DNA of 32,000 nt, taken from NCBI RefSeq assembly GCF_000283555.1, contig NC_016012.1:1380001-1412000 (forward strand), given 5' to 3'. The notes beneath the pieces were generated by a model that saw only the letters and a program-made list of their open reading frames with translations, made no database searches and had not been told where the DNA came from. How positions within the stretch are numbered: position 1 is the stretch's first letter; every line of letters starts with the position of its first letter. This stretch comes from Candidatus Arthromitus sp. SFB-rat-Yit. GTDB lineage: Bacteria > Bacillota > Clostridia > Clostridiales > Clostridiaceae. A program made the translations under genes and the position numbers. This document shows positions 12,251 to 25,388 of this stretch, one piece after another.

Positions 12251-12880
12251 CTATGCTTTTATACAATCCCTGATTTGCACAATTGATCTATTAGGTCCAG
12301 GTATACAACCTTTAATTAATATAATATTTTTTTCCTTAATCACTTGTGCAATTTCAAGATTTTGGATTGTACATTTTTTACCACCCATTCTACCTGGCAT
12401 CTTCTTATTTTTAAATGTTCTTGAAGGATCAGATGACGCACCCATAGAACCCACCGATCTATGAAACTTAGAACCATGTGACATTGGTCCTCTATGTCCA
12501 TTCCACCTCTTTATAGTACCTTGAAAACCTTTTCCTTTAGATTTTCCTATAACATCAACTTTTTCTCCAACTGAAAACAAGTCAACACTGAGTTCATTTC
12601 CAATTTCATAAGAAGAACAATCCTCTAATCTAAGTTCTTTTAAATATCTTTTTATTTCAATTCCTGCTTTTTTAAAGTGTCCTTTTATAGGATTATTAAC
12701 AAGTTTATCTCTTGTAGTTCCATATCCAACCTGTATGGCATCATATCCCTCTTTTTCTTTTGTCTTAATCTGAACCACAATATTAGGCTCAACCAAAACA
12801 ACAGTAACCGGAATCATATTACCATCTTCTATAAAAATTTGCGTCATTCCAATTTTTTGTCCAAAAATCGCCTTTTTCAT
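12251..12880 (-). CDS. rplC: 50S ribosomal protein L3
   Basis: [16 protein letters not shown]...[51 protein letters not shown]. Confidence 0.98.
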   Translation of the reverse strand: MKKAIFGQKIGMTQIFIEDGNMIPVTVVLVEPNIVVQIKTKEKEGYDAIQVGYGTTRDKLVNNPIKGHFKKAGIEIKRYLKELRLEDCSSYEIGNELSVDLFSVGEKVDVIGKSKGKGFQGTIKRWNGHRGPMSHGSKFHRSVGSMGASSDPSRTFKNKKMPGRMGGKKCTIQNLEIAQVIKEKNIILIKGCIPGPNRSIVQIRDCIKA

Positions 12881-12940
12881 ATAAATATTCCTCCTTTATG
12901 AGCGGATTAAAAAATTAATCAATCATAAAAAAATCAATTA

Positions 12941-13252
12941 TTATAACTTTAATTCTAAATCAACACCCGTCGGTACGTCTAATCTCATCAAAATATCAAT
13001 AGTTTTAGGTGTAAGATCAACTATATCAAGTAATCTTTTATGTGTTCTTATTTCAAACTGTTCCCTTGAGTCTTTATACTTATGTGGAGATCTCAATATA
13101 GTAACCTTTTCTATTTTTGTTGGTAATGGTATTGGTCCACATACCTTAGCTCCAGTACTATTTGCTACCTCAATTATTTTAAGAACAGTATTGTCAAGCA
13201 TAACATGATCAAATGCTTTTAATTTTATTCTAATTTTCTGTTTTAAACTCAT
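12941..13252 (-). CDS. rpsJ: 30S ribosomal protein S10 (start trimmed from 13285 to [10 protein letters not shown])
   Basis: [77 protein letters not shown]. Confidence 0.97.
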   Translation of the reverse strand: MSLKQKIRIKLKAFDHVMLDNTVLKIIEVANSTGAKVCGPIPLPTKIEKVTILRSPHKYKDSREQFEIRTHKRLLDIVDLTPKTIDILMRLDVPTGVDLELKL

Positions 13253-13350
13253 TTTTTCCCTCCTTTTATTTCCTTTTATATACATTTTAAAAATAATACT
13301 ATGTGATTATATTCCTGCAATTGTCTACATAATATATGTATAACTACTTA

Positions 13351-13379
13351 ATTATACTATAAATAATATAACAACTCAA
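13351..13379 (-). promoter_or_regulatory. Putative sigma-A-type promoter upstream of rpsJ / S10-spc operon
   Basis: Minus strand TTGAGT (13374-13379) - 17 bp - TATAGT (13351-13356), in the tuf1-rpsJ intergenic region. Confidence 0.5.
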
Positions 13380-13406
13380 TAGTTTATTTATTTAAGCAAA
13401 AGTACA

Positions 13407-13433
13407 TAGGGACTAATTAAATATCAGTCCCTA
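13407..13433 (-). terminator. Hairpin after tuf copy 1; possible intrinsic terminator with a poor U-tract
   Basis: TAGGGACT (13407-13414) / AGTCCCTA (13426-13433). Minus RNA UAGGGACUgauAUUUAauuAGUCCCUA, up to 11 bp including one G-U, loop AUUUA, then UGUACUUUUG. Confidence 0.55.
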
Positions 13434-14657
13434 CACACAAAACTATTTATTTATTTTAGAAACAACTCCAGATCCTACCGTTCTTCCACCTTCTCTTATA
13501 GCAAATCTTAATCCTTCATCCATTGCTATAGGAGTTATTAACTCAACTTCCATATCTATGTGGTCACCTGGCATTACCATCTCTTTTCCTTCTGGTAATT
13601 TTATATTCCCTGTAACATCTGTTGTTCTAAAATAAAATTGAGGTCTATATCCATCAAAGAAAGGCTTATGTCTCCCACCTTCTTCTTTCTTAAGAACATA
13701 CACCTGCCCTATGAAATTAGTATGTGGGTTCACTGTTCCAGGTTTCGCTAATACCTGACCTCTTTCTATATCAGATCTCTGAATACCCCTTAATAAGGCT
13801 CCTATATTATCTCCTGCCTGTGCTTCATCTAATAATTTCCTAAACATTTCTATACCAGTAATTACTGTCTTGCTCTTCTCTTCTTTTAATCCAATTATTT
13901 CTACCTCTTCTTGTACTTTTAATATTCCTGTTTCTACTCTTCCTGTTGCTACTGTTCCTCTTCCTGTTATAGTAAATACATCCTCAACTGGCATCAAAAA
14001 CGGCTTATCTGTAGCTCTCTCAGGTGTAGGAATATAACTGTCCACCGCATCCATTAATTCCATTATACAAGCCGTAGCTTCAGAGTCAGTAGGATTCTCC
14101 AAAGCTCTCAACGCTGATCCCTTTATAATCGGTGTGTCATCTCCTGGGAATTTATACTCGTTTAATAAATCTCTTACTTCCATCTCTACTAATTCTAATA
14201 ACTCTTCGTCATCAACCATGTCTGCTTTATTCAAAAATACAACTATATAATCAACTCCTACCCTAGAAGCTAATAATATGTGCTCTCTAGTTTGTGGCAT
14301 AGGTCCATCAGCTGCAGATACAACCAATATAGCTCCATCCATTTGCGCTGCTCCTGTTATCATGTTCTTAACGTAATCAGCGTGTCCAGGACAGTCAACA
14401 TGCGCATAATGTCTTCCATCTGTTTCATACTCAACGTGTGCTGTATTTATTGTTATTCCTCTCTCTTTTTCTTCAGGCGCTTTATCTATTTCATCATATT
14501 TAAACGCTTCTGCATACCCTTTATTTGCTAAAACTGTTGTAATAGCTGCTGTCAATGTAGTCTTCCCATGGTCAACATGTCCTATAGTACCTATATTAAC
14601 ATGTGGTTTATTCCTCTCAAATTTAGCTTTTGACATATCTATCAAATACCTCCTATT
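13431..14657. repeat. Direct repeat copy A (tuf region); reads as identical to 28669-29895
   Basis: Constant offset of 15,238. Sequences match from CTACACACAAAACTATTT to the tuf SD / fusA stop and diverge at 13430 (c versus t at 28668) and 14658 (t versus a at 29896). Confidence 0.92.
13443..14636 (-). CDS. tuf: Elongation factor Tu, copy 1
   Basis: [33 protein letters not shown]...; ATG at 14634-14636 has AGGAGG about 12 nt upstream, whereas the track's longer ORF starts with TTG too close to the SD. Confidence 0.98.
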   Translation of the reverse strand: MSKAKFERNKPHVNIGTIGHVDHGKTTLTAAITTVLANKGYAEAFKYDEIDKAPEEKERGITINTAHVEYETDGRHYAHVDCPGHADYVKNMITGAAQMDGAILVVSAADGPMPQTREHILLASRVGVDYIVVFLNKADMVDDEELLELVEMEVRDLLNEYKFPGDDTPIIKGSALRALENPTDSEATACIMELMDAVDSYIPTPERATDKPFLMPVEDVFTITGRGTVATGRVETGILKVQEEVEIIGLKEEKSKTVITGIEMFRKLLDEAQAGDNIGALLRGIQRSDIERGQVLAKPGTVNPHTNFIGQVYVLKKEEGGRHKPFFDGYRPQFYFRTTDVTGNIKLPEGKEMVMPGDHIDMEVELITPIAMDEGLRFAIREGGRTVGSGVVSKINK

Positions 14658-16713
14658 TATTCTTAATTATTTGTTCTTGAATATTTTTAGGAACCTCATC
14701 ATAATGATCAAACTCCATACTGTAAGTACCTCTTCCTTGGGTTCTAGATCTTAAAACTGTAGCATATCCAAACATCTCAGACATAGGAACTTGAGCTTTT
14801 ATTATTTGTGCTCCAAATCTTGCTTCCATTCCCTCTATTCTTCCTCTACGTGAATTTAAATCACCCATAACATCTCCCATATACTCTTCAGGTACGGTTA
14901 CTTCTACTTTCACTATAGGTTCTAACAATACAGGATCTGCTTTAGCCATACCATTTTTAAATGCCATAGAACCAGCAAATTCAAATGCCATTTCAGAGGA
15001 ATCAACATCATGATATGATCCATCATGTAATTTAACCTTAAAATTAATTGTTGGATATCCTCCTATAACTCCATTAAGTGCTGCATTTCTAATACCATTA
15101 TCAACAGCTGGTATATATTCTTTTGGTATAACTCCACCAACTATCGCATTTTCAAACTCATAATCACCTATACATGGTATAAGATCTATAACGCAATGTC
15201 CGTATTGACCTCTACCTCCTGACTGCCTTATATACTTTCCTTCACATGTAACTTGTTTTCTTATTGTTTCTTTATAAGCAACCTGAGGTTTACCTACATT
15301 GCACTCAACCTTAAACTCTCTTTGTAATCTATCTACAATAATTTCAAGATGTAATTCGCCCATTCCAGATATTATAGTTTGATTTGTTTCCTGATCAGTA
15401 TATGTTTTAAATGTAGGATCTTCTTCTGCTAATTTAGCCAAAGATAACCCCATTTTTTCCTGACTAGCCTTAGTCTTAGGTTCTATAGCTACAGATATAA
15501 CTGGTTCTGGAAATTCCATATTCTCAAGTATAATTTTGTTTGCATCATCACATAAAGTATCTCCAGTTGTCGTATCTTTTAATCCAACAATAGCTCCTAA
15601 ATCTCCAGCTCTTAATTCATCTACTTCTTGCCTGTTATTAGCATGCATCTTTAGAAGCCTTCCAATTCTTTCTTTTTTCCCTTTTGTAGAATTATAAACG
15701 TAAGATCCACTTTTTAACACACCAGAATAAACCCTAGTATATGCAAGTCTTCCAATAAACGGATCAGTTTGTATTTTAAAAGCCAATGCTGACATAGGTG
15801 CATCATCACTTGCTTCTCTTGAATCCTCATTTCCTTCTAAATCAACACCTTTTACAGCATCAATATCAAGTGGTGACGGTAAATATTCAACAGCGGCATC
15901 TATCATTTCTTGAACACCTTTATTTTTATAAGAAGATCCACATATAACAGGTATCACTTGTATAGAAATAACAGCTCTTCTAAGGGCAGCTTTTAATTCA
16001 TCAGAACTTATTTCTTCACCATCTAAGAACTTCATCATAAGTTCTTCATCTGTTTCAGCTATAGCTTCAATCATAAGTTCCCTATATTTATTAGCATCAT
16101 CTTTATAATCTTCTGGTATATTTTCTCTTGAAATCTCAGTCCCCAAATCATTTTTATAAATTATTGCTACATTTTCAATTAAATCAATCATTCCCTTAAA
16201 CTCTGATTCACTACCTATAGGTATTTGTACAGGAACTGCGTTAGCTCTTAATCTATTTTTTATTGAATCTACACAATTATAAAAATTGGCACCTGTAGCA
16301 TCCATTTTATTAACATAAACTATTCTAGGCACTCTATATTTATCTGCTTGCCTCCAAACAGTTTCAGTTTGGGGTTCAACACCACTTTTAGCATCAAGAA
16401 CAGTTACGGCTCCATCTAAAACTCTCAACGATCTCTCTACCTCAACTGTAAAGTCAACGTGTCCAGGAGTATCTATTATGTTAATTACATAATCTTTCCA
16501 TTGACAAGTTGTAGCCGCTGAAGTTATCGTTATACCTCTTTCTTGTTCTTGAACCATCCAGTCCATTGTAGCCTGACCTTCATGCACTTCACCTATTTTA
16601 TGTGTTTTACCTGTATAAAATAAAATTCTCTCTGTTGTAGTAGTTTTACCAGCATCTATATGAGCCATAATTCCTATATTTCTAAATTTTTCTAAAACAA
16701 ATTCTCTAGCCAT
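14653..16713 (-). CDS. fusA: Elongation factor G
   Basis: [55 protein letters not shown]. Confidence 0.98.
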   Translation of the reverse strand: MAREFVLEKFRNIGIMAHIDAGKTTTTERILFYTGKTHKIGEVHEGQATMDWMVQEQERGITITSAATTCQWKDYVINIIDTPGHVDFTVEVERSLRVLDGAVTVLDAKSGVEPQTETVWRQADKYRVPRIVYVNKMDATGANFYNCVDSIKNRLRANAVPVQIPIGSESEFKGMIDLIENVAIIYKNDLGTEISRENIPEDYKDDANKYRELMIEAIAETDEELMMKFLDGEEISSDELKAALRRAVISIQVIPVICGSSYKNKGVQEMIDAAVEYLPSPLDIDAVKGVDLEGNEDSREASDDAPMSALAFKIQTDPFIGRLAYTRVYSGVLKSGSYVYNSTKGKKERIGRLLKMHANNRQEVDELRAGDLGAIVGLKDTTTGDTLCDDANKIILENMEFPEPVISVAIEPKTKASQEKMGLSLAKLAEEDPTFKTYTDQETNQTIISGMGELHLEIIVDRLQREFKVECNVGKPQVAYKETIRKQVTCEGKYIRQSGGRGQYGHCVIDLIPCIGDYEFENAIVGGVIPKEYIPAVDNGIRNAALNGVIGGYPTINFKVKLHDGSYHDVDSSEMAFEFAGSMAFKNGMAKADPVLLEPIVKVEVTVPEEYMGDVMGDLNSRRGRIEGMEARFGAQIIKAQVPMSEMFGYATVLRSRTQGRGTYSMEFDHYDEVPKNIQEQIIKNK

Positions 16714-16772
16714 AATCCGCCTCCTTCAATATGCGTTTTATATATTATCAAAAAGTATAGATAGTAACAAAA

Positions 16773-16799
16773 CTGTTTTGATCATTACAACCAAAACAG
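16773..16799 (-). terminator. Hairpin between rpsG and fusA; possible weak terminator or processing element
   Basis: CTGTTTTG (16773-16780) / CAAAACAG (16792-16799). Minus RNA CUGUUUUGguuGUAAUgauCAAAACAG followed by UUUUGUUACU. Confidence 0.45.
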
Positions 16800-16814
16800 C
16801 AAATAACAAACACT

Positions 16815-17318
<504 letters not shown>

Positions 17319-17365
17319 TCATCGGTACTCGACTAAATTGCCGTAAAGCCAAATTATATACATGA

Positions 17366-17758
17366 TTATTTAGCAGCCTTTTTTGCCTTCTTAGTTCCAT
17401 ATTTCGATCTTGCTTGCATTTTATCTTGAACTCCTGAAGAATCAAGAGCACCTCTTATTATATGATATCTAACACCTGGTAGGTCTTTTACCCTTCCACC
17501 TCTTATTAATACAACACTGTGTTCTTGTAAATTATGTCCTTCTCCAGGTATGTACGCAGTAACCTCATAACCATTACTCAACCTAACCCTAGCAACTTTT
17601 CTTAAAGCTGAATTAGGTTTTTTAGGAGTCATAGTTTTAACTAATGTACAAACTCCTCTAACCTGCGGGCATCCTTTCATCGCTGGAGCTGTTGATTTAT
17701 AGGCTACTTTCTTTCTACCATTTCTAATCAACTGATTAATAGTTGGCAATATTATCAC
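17366..17758 (-). CDS. rpsL: 30S ribosomal protein S12 (true start probably [14 protein letters not shown]-like, within a few codons)
   Basis: [96 protein letters not shown]. Confidence 0.98.
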   Translation of the reverse strand: MIILPTINQLIRNGRKKVAYKSTAPAMKGCPQVRGVCTLVKTMTPKKPNSALRKVARVRLSNGYEVTAYIPGEGHNLQEHSVVLIRGGRVKDLPGVRYHIIRGALDSSGVQDKMQARSKYGTKKAKKAAK

Positions 17759-17834
17759 CCCTTTTTATTATTAACTAAACTTGAACAAAATAAATAAAAC
17801 CTTTTACCAAATGAATTAATTGTATAACCTAGAT

Positions 17835-17863
17835 ATTTTAACACCTAAGATATATTAAGTCAA
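17835..17863 (-). promoter_or_regulatory. Putative promoter for rpsL-rpsG(-fusA-tuf)
   Basis: Minus strand TTGACT (17858-17863) - 17 bp ending TGT - TAAAAT (17835-17840); extended -10 TGn; begins about 15 bp downstream of the rpoC stop. Confidence 0.6.
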
Positions 17864-17877
17864 TATATTAGAAAATA

Positions 17878-20800
17878 TCAAGTCATATCATATTCGATAT
17901 TTTCCTCATCTCCATAATTTACTTTCATAGATCTATAATGATTCATACCCGTACCTGCTGGTATTAACTTTCCTATTATTACATTTTCTTTCAGACCTAC
18001 TAAAGGATCTATTTTGCCTTTTATTGCTGCGTCAGTTAATACTTTTGTAGTTTCTTGAAATGATGCTGCTGACAAGAAAGACTCAGTAGATAGAGAAGCT
18101 TTTGTTATTCCCAATAAAACTCTCTCACATTCTGCTTCATTAAGCCCTTCTTTTTTAACTCTCATATTTTCATCATTAAAATATGATATGTCTACAATAG
18201 AATTTGGGAGTATATCTGTATCTCCAGCTTCTATAACTCTAACTTTTCTAGTCATCTGCTTTATTATTACTTCAAGATGTTTGTCATTTATATCAACACC
18301 TTGTAATCTATAAACCTTTTGTACCTCAGATAATAAATACTCTCTAACAGCATCTATACCCTTTATTCTTAGTATATCCTGAGGATTTATAGATCCCTCA
18401 GTAATTATAGAACCCGCTTCTATACTCATACCATTGTCAACCTTTACTCTGGATCCAAAGGGTATATCATATTCTATAACCTCACCATCATTTGATATAA
18501 TTTTAACAACTCTCTTCTTCTTAGTATTTTCAAATTCTACAATACCCGATATCTCTGAAACTATTGCAAGTCCTTTAGGCTTCCTAGCCTCAAACAATTC
18601 TTCAACTCTTGGTAACCCCTGTGTTATATCAGCACCAACAACTCCACCCGTATGAAAAGTTCTCATTGTGAGCTGTGTTCCAGGTTCTCCAATAGATTGT
18701 GCGGCGATTATACCAACTGATTCTCCTATATTAATTTCTCTAGCTGTAGCCATATTCATGCCATAACATTTAGCACAAACACCAATTCTAGAATCACAAG
18801 TGAATACACTTCTTATTTTAACTCTCAATATCTTTTCAGTTTCATCTCTATTATCATCTTCATTAATATCAGATATAATTTTAGCTATATCATTTGTTAT
18901 GTATTGATCCCTTTTTATTAATATATTATTAGTTTTAGGGTCAAGTATATCTTCAGCTACATATCTCCCTATAAGCCTTTCGCTTAAACTCTCAACAACG
19001 GAATTATCATCCTTAATTTCGCTCACATAAATACCATCTAAAGTTCCACAATCTTCACTTCTTATTATAACATCTTGACTAACATCAACTAGACGTCTTG
19101 TTAAATATCCAGAGTCAGCTGTTTTTAAGGCTGTATCTGCATTTCCCTTCCTAGCTCCATGTGTTGACGTAAAATATTCTAATACATCGAGCCCCTCTCT
19201 AAAAGAAGCCTTTATTGGAAGCTCTATTATCTTACCTGATGGATTGCTCATAAGTCCTCTCATACCAGCAAGTTGTTTTATTTGACTTTTAGAACCTCTA
19301 GCCCCAGAATCAGCCATCATAGATATAGGATTAAATTTATCCATACTATTCATAAGAACATCTGCTATTTTATCAGTTGTGCTATTCCAAATTTCTATAA
19401 CTGAATTATATCTTTCATCCTCTGTCATAAGTCCACGTCTAAATTTCTTACTTACTATATCAACTTTTTCTTCTGATTCTTTAATTATACTTTCCTTTTC
19501 CTTTGGAACTATCATATCAGATGCAGCAACCGTTATTGCCCCTATAGTTGAATAATGATATCCCTTTGTTTTAATTTGATCAAGCATAGATGCTGTTTCA
19601 GATGGTCCATATTTTAAATAACATCTATCAACTATCTCTGTTAGTTTACTTTTATTAACAAGAAAGTCTATCTCAAATTTAAACAAATTCTCTTCTTTAT
19701 CTCTATCAACAAATCCAAGATCCTGAGGTATTGATTCATTAAATATGATTTTGCCAACAGTTGTTTCTATTAGCTTAGTCTTTGTTTCTCCATCTATATT
19801 TTTTTTAACTTTAAGCTTTATCTTTTCATGTATATTTAAATATCCTAATTCAAAAGCCATTATAGCCTCCTCCGAATTAGAATAAGATTTTATATTTTCT
19901 TGATCAAATTTCGGATTATCCATTGTCAAATAATACGATCCTAAAATCATATCTTGAGATGGAACACACACTGGTTTACCATCAGAAGGCTTTAATATAT
20001 TAACAGCAGCTAACATTAAAAACCTAGCCTCTGCTTGTGCTTCCATGGATAATGGAACGTGCACAGCCATTTGATCTCCGTCAAAATCAGCATTATAAGC
20101 TGTGCAAACAAGCGGATGCAATTTTATAGCTCTTCCTTCAACTAAAACTGGTTGAAAAGCTTGAATTCCTAATCTATGTAATGTTGGAGCCCTATTTAAT
20201 AAAACTGGATGATCTGTTATAACTTCCTCTAAAATATCCCAAACTTGATTCATATTTTTTTCAACCATTCTTTTTGCTGCTTTAATATTATGAGCGATTC
20301 CTGAATCTACTAATTTTTTCATTACAAATGGTTTGAAAAGTTCTAATGCCATTTCCTTAGGTAATCCACATTGATAAAGTTTTAATTCTGGTCCAACAAC
20401 TATTACAGATCTTCCAGAATAGTCAACGCGTTTACCTAAAAGATTTTGTCTAAATCTACCTTGCTTCCCTTTAAGCATATCTGATAAAGATTTGAGCGGT
20501 CTATTACCTGGTCCAGTTACAGGTCTACCCCTTCTACCATTATCTATTAGAGCATCAACAGATTCTTGAAGCATCCTTTTTTCATTTCTGACTATTATAT
20601 CAGGTGCTTTTAAATCCAACAATTTTTTTAATCTATTATTTCTATTTATAACCCTTCTATATAAATCATTTAAATCAGATGTAGCAAATCTTCCTCCATC
20701 TAACATGACCATCGGTCTAAGTTCAGGTGGTATAACTGGTATAACGTCTATTATCATCCATTCTGGTCTATTATTAGATTTTCTAAAAGACTCAACAACT

Positions 20801-21450
20801 TCAAGTCTTCTAATTATTCTTGCCCTTTTTTGTCCAGTACTATTTTTCAACTCTTCTTTAAGTTTAGTTGATAAACTATCTAAATCCAAATCCATAAGAA
20901 GCTGTTTTATAGCCTCAGCCCCCATACCAACTTCAAATGAACCTTCTCCAAATTTTTCACTATACTCTCTAAAATCTTTTTCTGATAATATTTGTCCTTT
21001 TTGCAATACACTTACTTCCTTCGGATCCAATATAACGTATGAAGCAAAATAAAGTATTTTTTCCAAAACTCTCGCTTGCATTTCAAGCAATAATGCCATC
21101 TTTGAAGGAGTACCTTTAAAATACCATATATGAGATACAGATGTTGCTAATTCAATATGCCCCATTCTTTCACGTCTAACTTTTGACTTAGTAACCTCAA
21201 CACCACATCTATCACAAACAATACCTTTATATCTAACTCTTTTATACTTTCCGCAATGACACTCCCAGTCTTTTGTAGGTCCAAATATTCTTTCACAAAA
21301 AAGACCATCTCTTTCTGGTTTTAAAGTTCTATAATTTATGGTCTCAGGCTTCTTCACCTCTCCCCTAGACCATTCTCTAATTTGTTCAGGAGATGCTAAA
21401 CCTATTCTTATGGCATCAAAATTATTTAATTCAACCACCAATAAATACAC
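17878..21450 (-). CDS. rpoC: DNA-directed RNA polymerase subunit beta'
   Basis: [24 protein letters not shown] zinc site; [16 protein letters not shown] catalytic motif; 1190 aa. Confidence 0.99.
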   Translation of the reverse strand: MYLLVVELNNFDAIRIGLASPEQIREWSRGEVKKPETINYRTLKPERDGLFCERIFGPTKDWECHCGKYKRVRYKGIVCDRCGVEVTKSKVRRERMGHIELATSVSHIWYFKGTPSKMALLLEMQARVLEKILYFASYVILDPKEVSVLQKGQILSEKDFREYSEKFGEGSFEVGMGAEAIKQLLMDLDLDSLSTKLKEELKNSTGQKRARIIRRLEVVESFRKSNNRPEWMIIDVIPVIPPELRPMVMLDGGRFATSDLNDLYRRVINRNNRLKKLLDLKAPDIIVRNEKRMLQESVDALIDNGRRGRPVTGPGNRPLKSLSDMLKGKQGRFRQNLLGKRVDYSGRSVIVVGPELKLYQCGLPKEMALELFKPFVMKKLVDSGIAHNIKAAKRMVEKNMNQVWDILEEVITDHPVLLNRAPTLHRLGIQAFQPVLVEGRAIKLHPLVCTAYNADFDGDQMAVHVPLSMEAQAEARFLMLAAVNILKPSDGKPVCVPSQDMILGSYYLTMDNPKFDQENIKSYSNSEEAIMAFELGYLNIHEKIKLKVKKNIDGETKTKLIETTVGKIIFNESIPQDLGFVDRDKEENLFKFEIDFLVNKSKLTEIVDRCYLKYGPSETASMLDQIKTKGYHYSTIGAITVAASDMIVPKEKESIIKESEEKVDIVSKKFRRGLMTEDERYNSVIEIWNSTTDKIADVLMNSMDKFNPISMMADSGARGSKSQIKQLAGMRGLMSNPSGKIIELPIKASFREGLDVLEYFTSTHGARKGNADTALKTADSGYLTRRLVDVSQDVIIRSEDCGTLDGIYVSEIKDDNSVVESLSERLIGRYVAEDILDPKTNNILIKRDQYITNDIAKIISDINEDDNRDETEKILRVKIRSVFTCDSRIGVCAKCYGMNMATAREINIGESVGIIAAQSIGEPGTQLTMRTFHTGGVVGADITQGLPRVEELFEARKPKGLAIVSEISGIVEFENTKKKRVVKIISNDGEVIEYDIPFGSRVKVDNGMSIEAGSIITEGSINPQDILRIKGIDAVREYLLSEVQKVYRLQGVDINDKHLEVIIKQMTRKVRVIEAGDTDILPNSIVDISYFNDENMRVKKEGLNEAECERVLLGITKASLSTESFLSAASFQETTKVLTDAAIKGKIDPLVGLKENVIIGKLIPAGTGMNHYRSMKVNYGDEENIEYDMT

Positions 21451-21458
21451 TCCTTATC

Positions 21459-24400
21459 TTAATAATCATCATCAGAAATAAATTCCTCAGCATTCATAAT
21501 GTCTTCTGTTAACAATACATCATCAAGTTCATCTTCATCATCTTCTTCCTGATAATCAGAAATTTCTGATTCAGGCAATTCTCTAGTTTCCTCATATTTT
21601 ATAGAATCTTCAAAAGATACATCTATATCGCTCATTTCATCTTCTAAAGTTTCTTTAATCTCTATCTCTTCATAATTTTCATTTAAAACTTTTATATTTA
21701 AACATAATGCCTGTAATTCTTTTATTAAAACTTTAAATGACTCCGGAACTCCAGGCTCAGGTATATTTTCACCTTTCACAATTGCTTCATACGTCTTAAC
21801 TCTACCAACAATATCATCAGATTTTACGGTCAATATTTCTTGCAACATATGAGCTGCTCCATAAGCTTCTAATGCCCAAACTTCCATTTCTCCAAATCTT
21901 TGTCCTCCAAATTGTGCTTTACCTCCAAGAGGTTGTTGAGTTACTAAAGAATACGGTCCTGTTGATCTTGCATGTATCTTATCATCAACCAAATGGGCAA
22001 GTTTTAATATATACATATATCCCACTGTAACTCTATTATCAAACGCTTCACCAGTTCTTCCATCATATAGCGTTAATTTGCCATCTTTATTAAACCCGGC
22101 ATCTTCTAAACATTGTTCAATTTCTTCCTTTGTAGCCCCATTAAATACAGGTGTCGCAACATGCCATCCCTGAGCACTAGCAGCAAGACCCAAATGAACC
22201 TCCAAAACCTGACCTATATTCATACGACTAGGAACTCCAAGAGGATTCAAACAAATTTGAAGAGGTGTCCCATCAGGTAAAAACGGCATATCTTCTTCAG
22301 GTAAAACTCTAGAAATAACCCCTTTATTTCCATGACGACCAGCCATTTTATCTCCAACTGATATTTTTCTTTTTTGCGCTATATAACATCTAACTAACTG
22401 ATTAACCCCAGGAGATAATTCATCGCCGTTTTCACGGGTAAATATTTTAACATCAACTATTATTCCTTGCTCACCATGTGGAACTTTTAAAGAAGTATCT
22501 CTAACTTCTCTTGCCTTTTCACCAAAAATAGCTCTTAAAAGTCTTTCTTCAGCAGTAAGCTCAGTTTCACCCTTGGGTGTAACTTTACCTACAAGTATAT
22601 CTCCCGTTCTAACTTCAGATCCTATTTTTATTATACCGTTTGAATCTAAATCTTTTATAGCATCCTCACCAACATTAGGTATATCTCGAGTTATTTCCTC
22701 TGGTCCTAATTTTGTATCACGAGAATCACATTCATATTCTTCTATATGTATAGATGTAAACACATCATCTCTAACAAGTTGTTCAGATATAAGCATTGCA
22801 TCTTCATAATTATATCCTTCCCAAGTTATAAAACCTATTTTTATATTTTTACCTAAAGCAATTTCTCCAAAATCAGTAGATGGTCCATCCGCTAAAACAC
22901 ACCCAGCCTCTACAAAATCACCTTTACTCACAATAGGTTTTTGATTAATACATGTGCCTTGATTGGATCTCTTAAATTTTAAAAGTTTGTATATATCTAC
23001 TCCACTATCGAATTCCCTCTTTACTTTTATCTCTTGAGAACTTACATAACTAACTGTTCCTGAATTCTTAGCTTTAACTAAAACACCTGAATCTATAGCA
23101 GCCTTATATTCTATACCAGTTCCAACTATTGGTGCACTCGCCTTAAGTAATGGTACGGCTTGACGTTGCATGTTGGATCCCATAAGTGCTCTAGTAGCAT
23201 CATCATTTTCTAAAAATGGAATCATAGAAGTAGCAACAGATACAATTTGCCTAGGAGATATATCTAAATAATCTACCTTATCTGACGATACTAATAACAT
23301 ACCTTCTTTACTTCTAACAACAATTCTGGAATTTATAAATTCTCCATCATCAGAAATAAGTTCATTAGATTGAGCTATTAAATATTGATCTTCTTCATCA
23401 GCTGTCATATATATAATCTCGTTTGTAACTTTACCAGTTTCTTTATTAACTTTTCTATACGGCGTCTCTATAAATCCATAATTATTAACTTTAGCATAAG
23501 TTGCAAGAGAATTTATAAGTCCTATATTAGGTCCTTCAGGAGTTTCTATGGGACACATCCTTCCATAATGCGAATTGTGAACATCCCTAACTTCAAATCC
23601 AGCCCTATCTCTAGATAACCCACCAGGTCCTAAAGCAGACAATCTTCTCTTATTAGTAAGCTCTGATAATGGATTTGTTTGATCCATAAATTGAGAAAGT
23701 TGTGAACTTCCAAAAAATTCTTTAACAGCAGCTGCAACAGGTCTAATATTAATAAGATTTTGAGGTGTTATCATTTCAGGTTCAATAGACATCATTCTTT
23801 CTTTTATATTTCTTTCCATTCTAACCAAACCAACCCTAAATTGGTTTTGTAAAAGCTCACCTACAGATCTTAATCTTCTATTCCCTAAATGATCTATATC
23901 ATCTTCATATCCAACACCGCTAGTAAGTCCAAGTATATAACTTATGGTTGAAAAAATATCATCTATCGTTATATACTTAGGTATTAGATCATGTATATTC
24001 CTAATTAATTCTTTTTTAATTTCATCGGTTGATGAACAATTATCTAAAATAGACTTAAGAACAGGATAATAAACATAATCAGCAATACCAATCTCATTCG
24101 AATCAAAATCTATAAACTCATTTATGTTAACCCAATTATTCCCAACAACCTTAACATTTTTATTATCTATCAATAAATCCACGGAGTTTATACCAGAATC
24201 TTGAATCTTGTAACTAATTTCTCTAGTTATTTTCTCACCTTTTTCAATTAATATTTCTCCAGTTATAGGATCTAAAATATCATTAAAAGAGATATGATTA
24301 ACAATTCTATTGCTTAGAGATAACTTTTTATTAAACTTATATCTACCAACTTTTGATAAATCATATTTTTTAGGATCAAAAAAGTATTGATCTATCAAAT

Positions 24401-25166
24401 TTTTTGCACTCTCAGCTGTAGCTGGTTCCGAAGGTTTTAACTTATCATATATTTTTATAAGAGCCTGTTCTTGATTCTCTGAATCATCTTTATTTAATGT
24501 ATTTTGTAAACGCTCATCATTCCCAAAATAAGCTATAATTTCCTCAGATGATGAAATCCCTAAAGCCTTTATAAACCATGTTATGTACAACTTTTTTTGC
24601 TTATCGATTCTAACATATAATACTTCGTTAGAGTCTGTTTCATATTCAATCCAAGCTCCTCGATTAGGTATAACGCTAGATGAAAATAATTTTTTGCCGT
24701 TTTTATCGACTTCATAATTATAATAAACCCCAGGAGATCTAACTAATTGACTTACTATTACACGTTCAGCACCATTTATAATAAATGTTCCCTGAGGTGT
24801 CATTCTAGGTAAATCTCCCATAAATACCTCTTGCTCTTTAAGTTCTCCGGTATCTAAATTTTGCAATCTAACCTTAACTTTTAATGGAGCAGCATATATA
24901 GCATCTCTTTCCTTACATTCTTCCATATTGTATTTAGTAGCAGAAACATCTAACCTAAAATCAATAAATTCCAACACATGTTTACCATTAAAACTTTTTA
25001 TAGGATTTATATCTCTAAATACTTCTAACAATCCTTCTTTTAAAAACCAATCATAAGAATTTAACTGCACTTCTATAAGATTCGGCATATCAATTATATC
25101 CTTAACTTTACCGAAACTCATTCTTGTTCTTTTACCTACCTTAAGAGGATATATCATGAATTTCAC
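21459..25166 (-). CDS. rpoB: DNA-directed RNA polymerase subunit beta
   Basis: [66 protein letters not shown]; 1235 aa with acidic tail. Confidence 0.99.
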   Translation of the reverse strand: MKFMIYPLKVGKRTRMSFGKVKDIIDMPNLIEVQLNSYDWFLKEGLLEVFRDINPIKSFNGKHVLEFIDFRLDVSATKYNMEECKERDAIYAAPLKVKVRLQNLDTGELKEQEVFMGDLPRMTPQGTFIINGAERVIVSQLVRSPGVYYNYEVDKNGKKLFSSSVIPNRGAWIEYETDSNEVLYVRIDKQKKLYITWFIKALGISSSEEIIAYFGNDERLQNTLNKDDSENQEQALIKIYDKLKPSEPATAESAKNLIDQYFFDPKKYDLSKVGRYKFNKKLSLSNRIVNHISFNDILDPITGEILIEKGEKITREISYKIQDSGINSVDLLIDNKNVKVVGNNWVNINEFIDFDSNEIGIADYVYYPVLKSILDNCSSTDEIKKELIRNIHDLIPKYITIDDIFSTISYILGLTSGVGYEDDIDHLGNRRLRSVGELLQNQFRVGLVRMERNIKERMMSIEPEMITPQNLINIRPVAAAVKEFFGSSQLSQFMDQTNPLSELTNKRRLSALGPGGLSRDRAGFEVRDVHNSHYGRMCPIETPEGPNIGLINSLATYAKVNNYGFIETPYRKVNKETGKVTNEIIYMTADEEDQYLIAQSNELISDDGEFINSRIVVRSKEGMLLVSSDKVDYLDISPRQIVSVATSMIPFLENDDATRALMGSNMQRQAVPLLKASAPIVGTGIEYKAAIDSGVLVKAKNSGTVSYVSSQEIKVKREFDSGVDIYKLLKFKRSNQGTCINQKPIVSKGDFVEAGCVLADGPSTDFGEIALGKNIKIGFITWEGYNYEDAMLISEQLVRDDVFTSIHIEEYECDSRDTKLGPEEITRDIPNVGEDAIKDLDSNGIIKIGSEVRTGDILVGKVTPKGETELTAEERLLRAIFGEKAREVRDTSLKVPHGEQGIIVDVKIFTRENGDELSPGVNQLVRCYIAQKRKISVGDKMAGRHGNKGVISRVLPEEDMPFLPDGTPLQICLNPLGVPSRMNIGQVLEVHLGLAASAQGWHVATPVFNGATKEEIEQCLEDAGFNKDGKLTLYDGRTGEAFDNRVTVGYMYILKLAHLVDDKIHARSTGPYSLVTQQPLGGKAQFGGQRFGEMEVWALEAYGAAHMLQEILTVKSDDIVGRVKTYEAIVKGENIPEPGVPESFKVLIKELQALCLNIKVLNENYEEIEIKETLEDEMSDIDVSFEDSIKYEETRELPESEISDYQEEDDEDELDDVLLTEDIMNAEEFISDDDY

Positions 25167-25353
25167 TCCTTATTTTCAAGTAAAACCACGTAAATTTATT
25201 TTAAATTACAAACACTCACACTTAACAAATTTCTATAAATAAGTTATAGAAAAATAATAAAATATCCTTTTAAATATTCTTACTAATTTTAAATATAAAT
25301 TTACACATAAAATAATAATACATATAAAATTAGACATTTATATACATTCTAAG

Positions 25354-25382
25354 ATAGTACCACATATATTTAACTTAGTCAA
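25354..25382 (-). promoter_or_regulatory. Putative promoter for rpoBC
   Basis: Minus strand TTGACT (25377-25382) - 17 bp ending TGG - TACTAT (25354-25359); extended -10 TGn; long leader (about 180 nt) before rpoB. Confidence 0.6.
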
Positions 25383-25388
25383 CTAAAC

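Noticed and set aside
14280-14531. Plus-strand 83-aa ORF duplicated at 29518..29769
   Set aside because: Its duplication is fully explained by the tuf repeat; it is antisense to the EF-Tu coding sequence
16740-16772. Possible fusA promoter TTGTTA-N17-TAATAT after the rpsG-fusA hairpin
   Set aside because: Only 4/6 matches in each box in strongly AT-rich sequence; not distinguishable from background by eye
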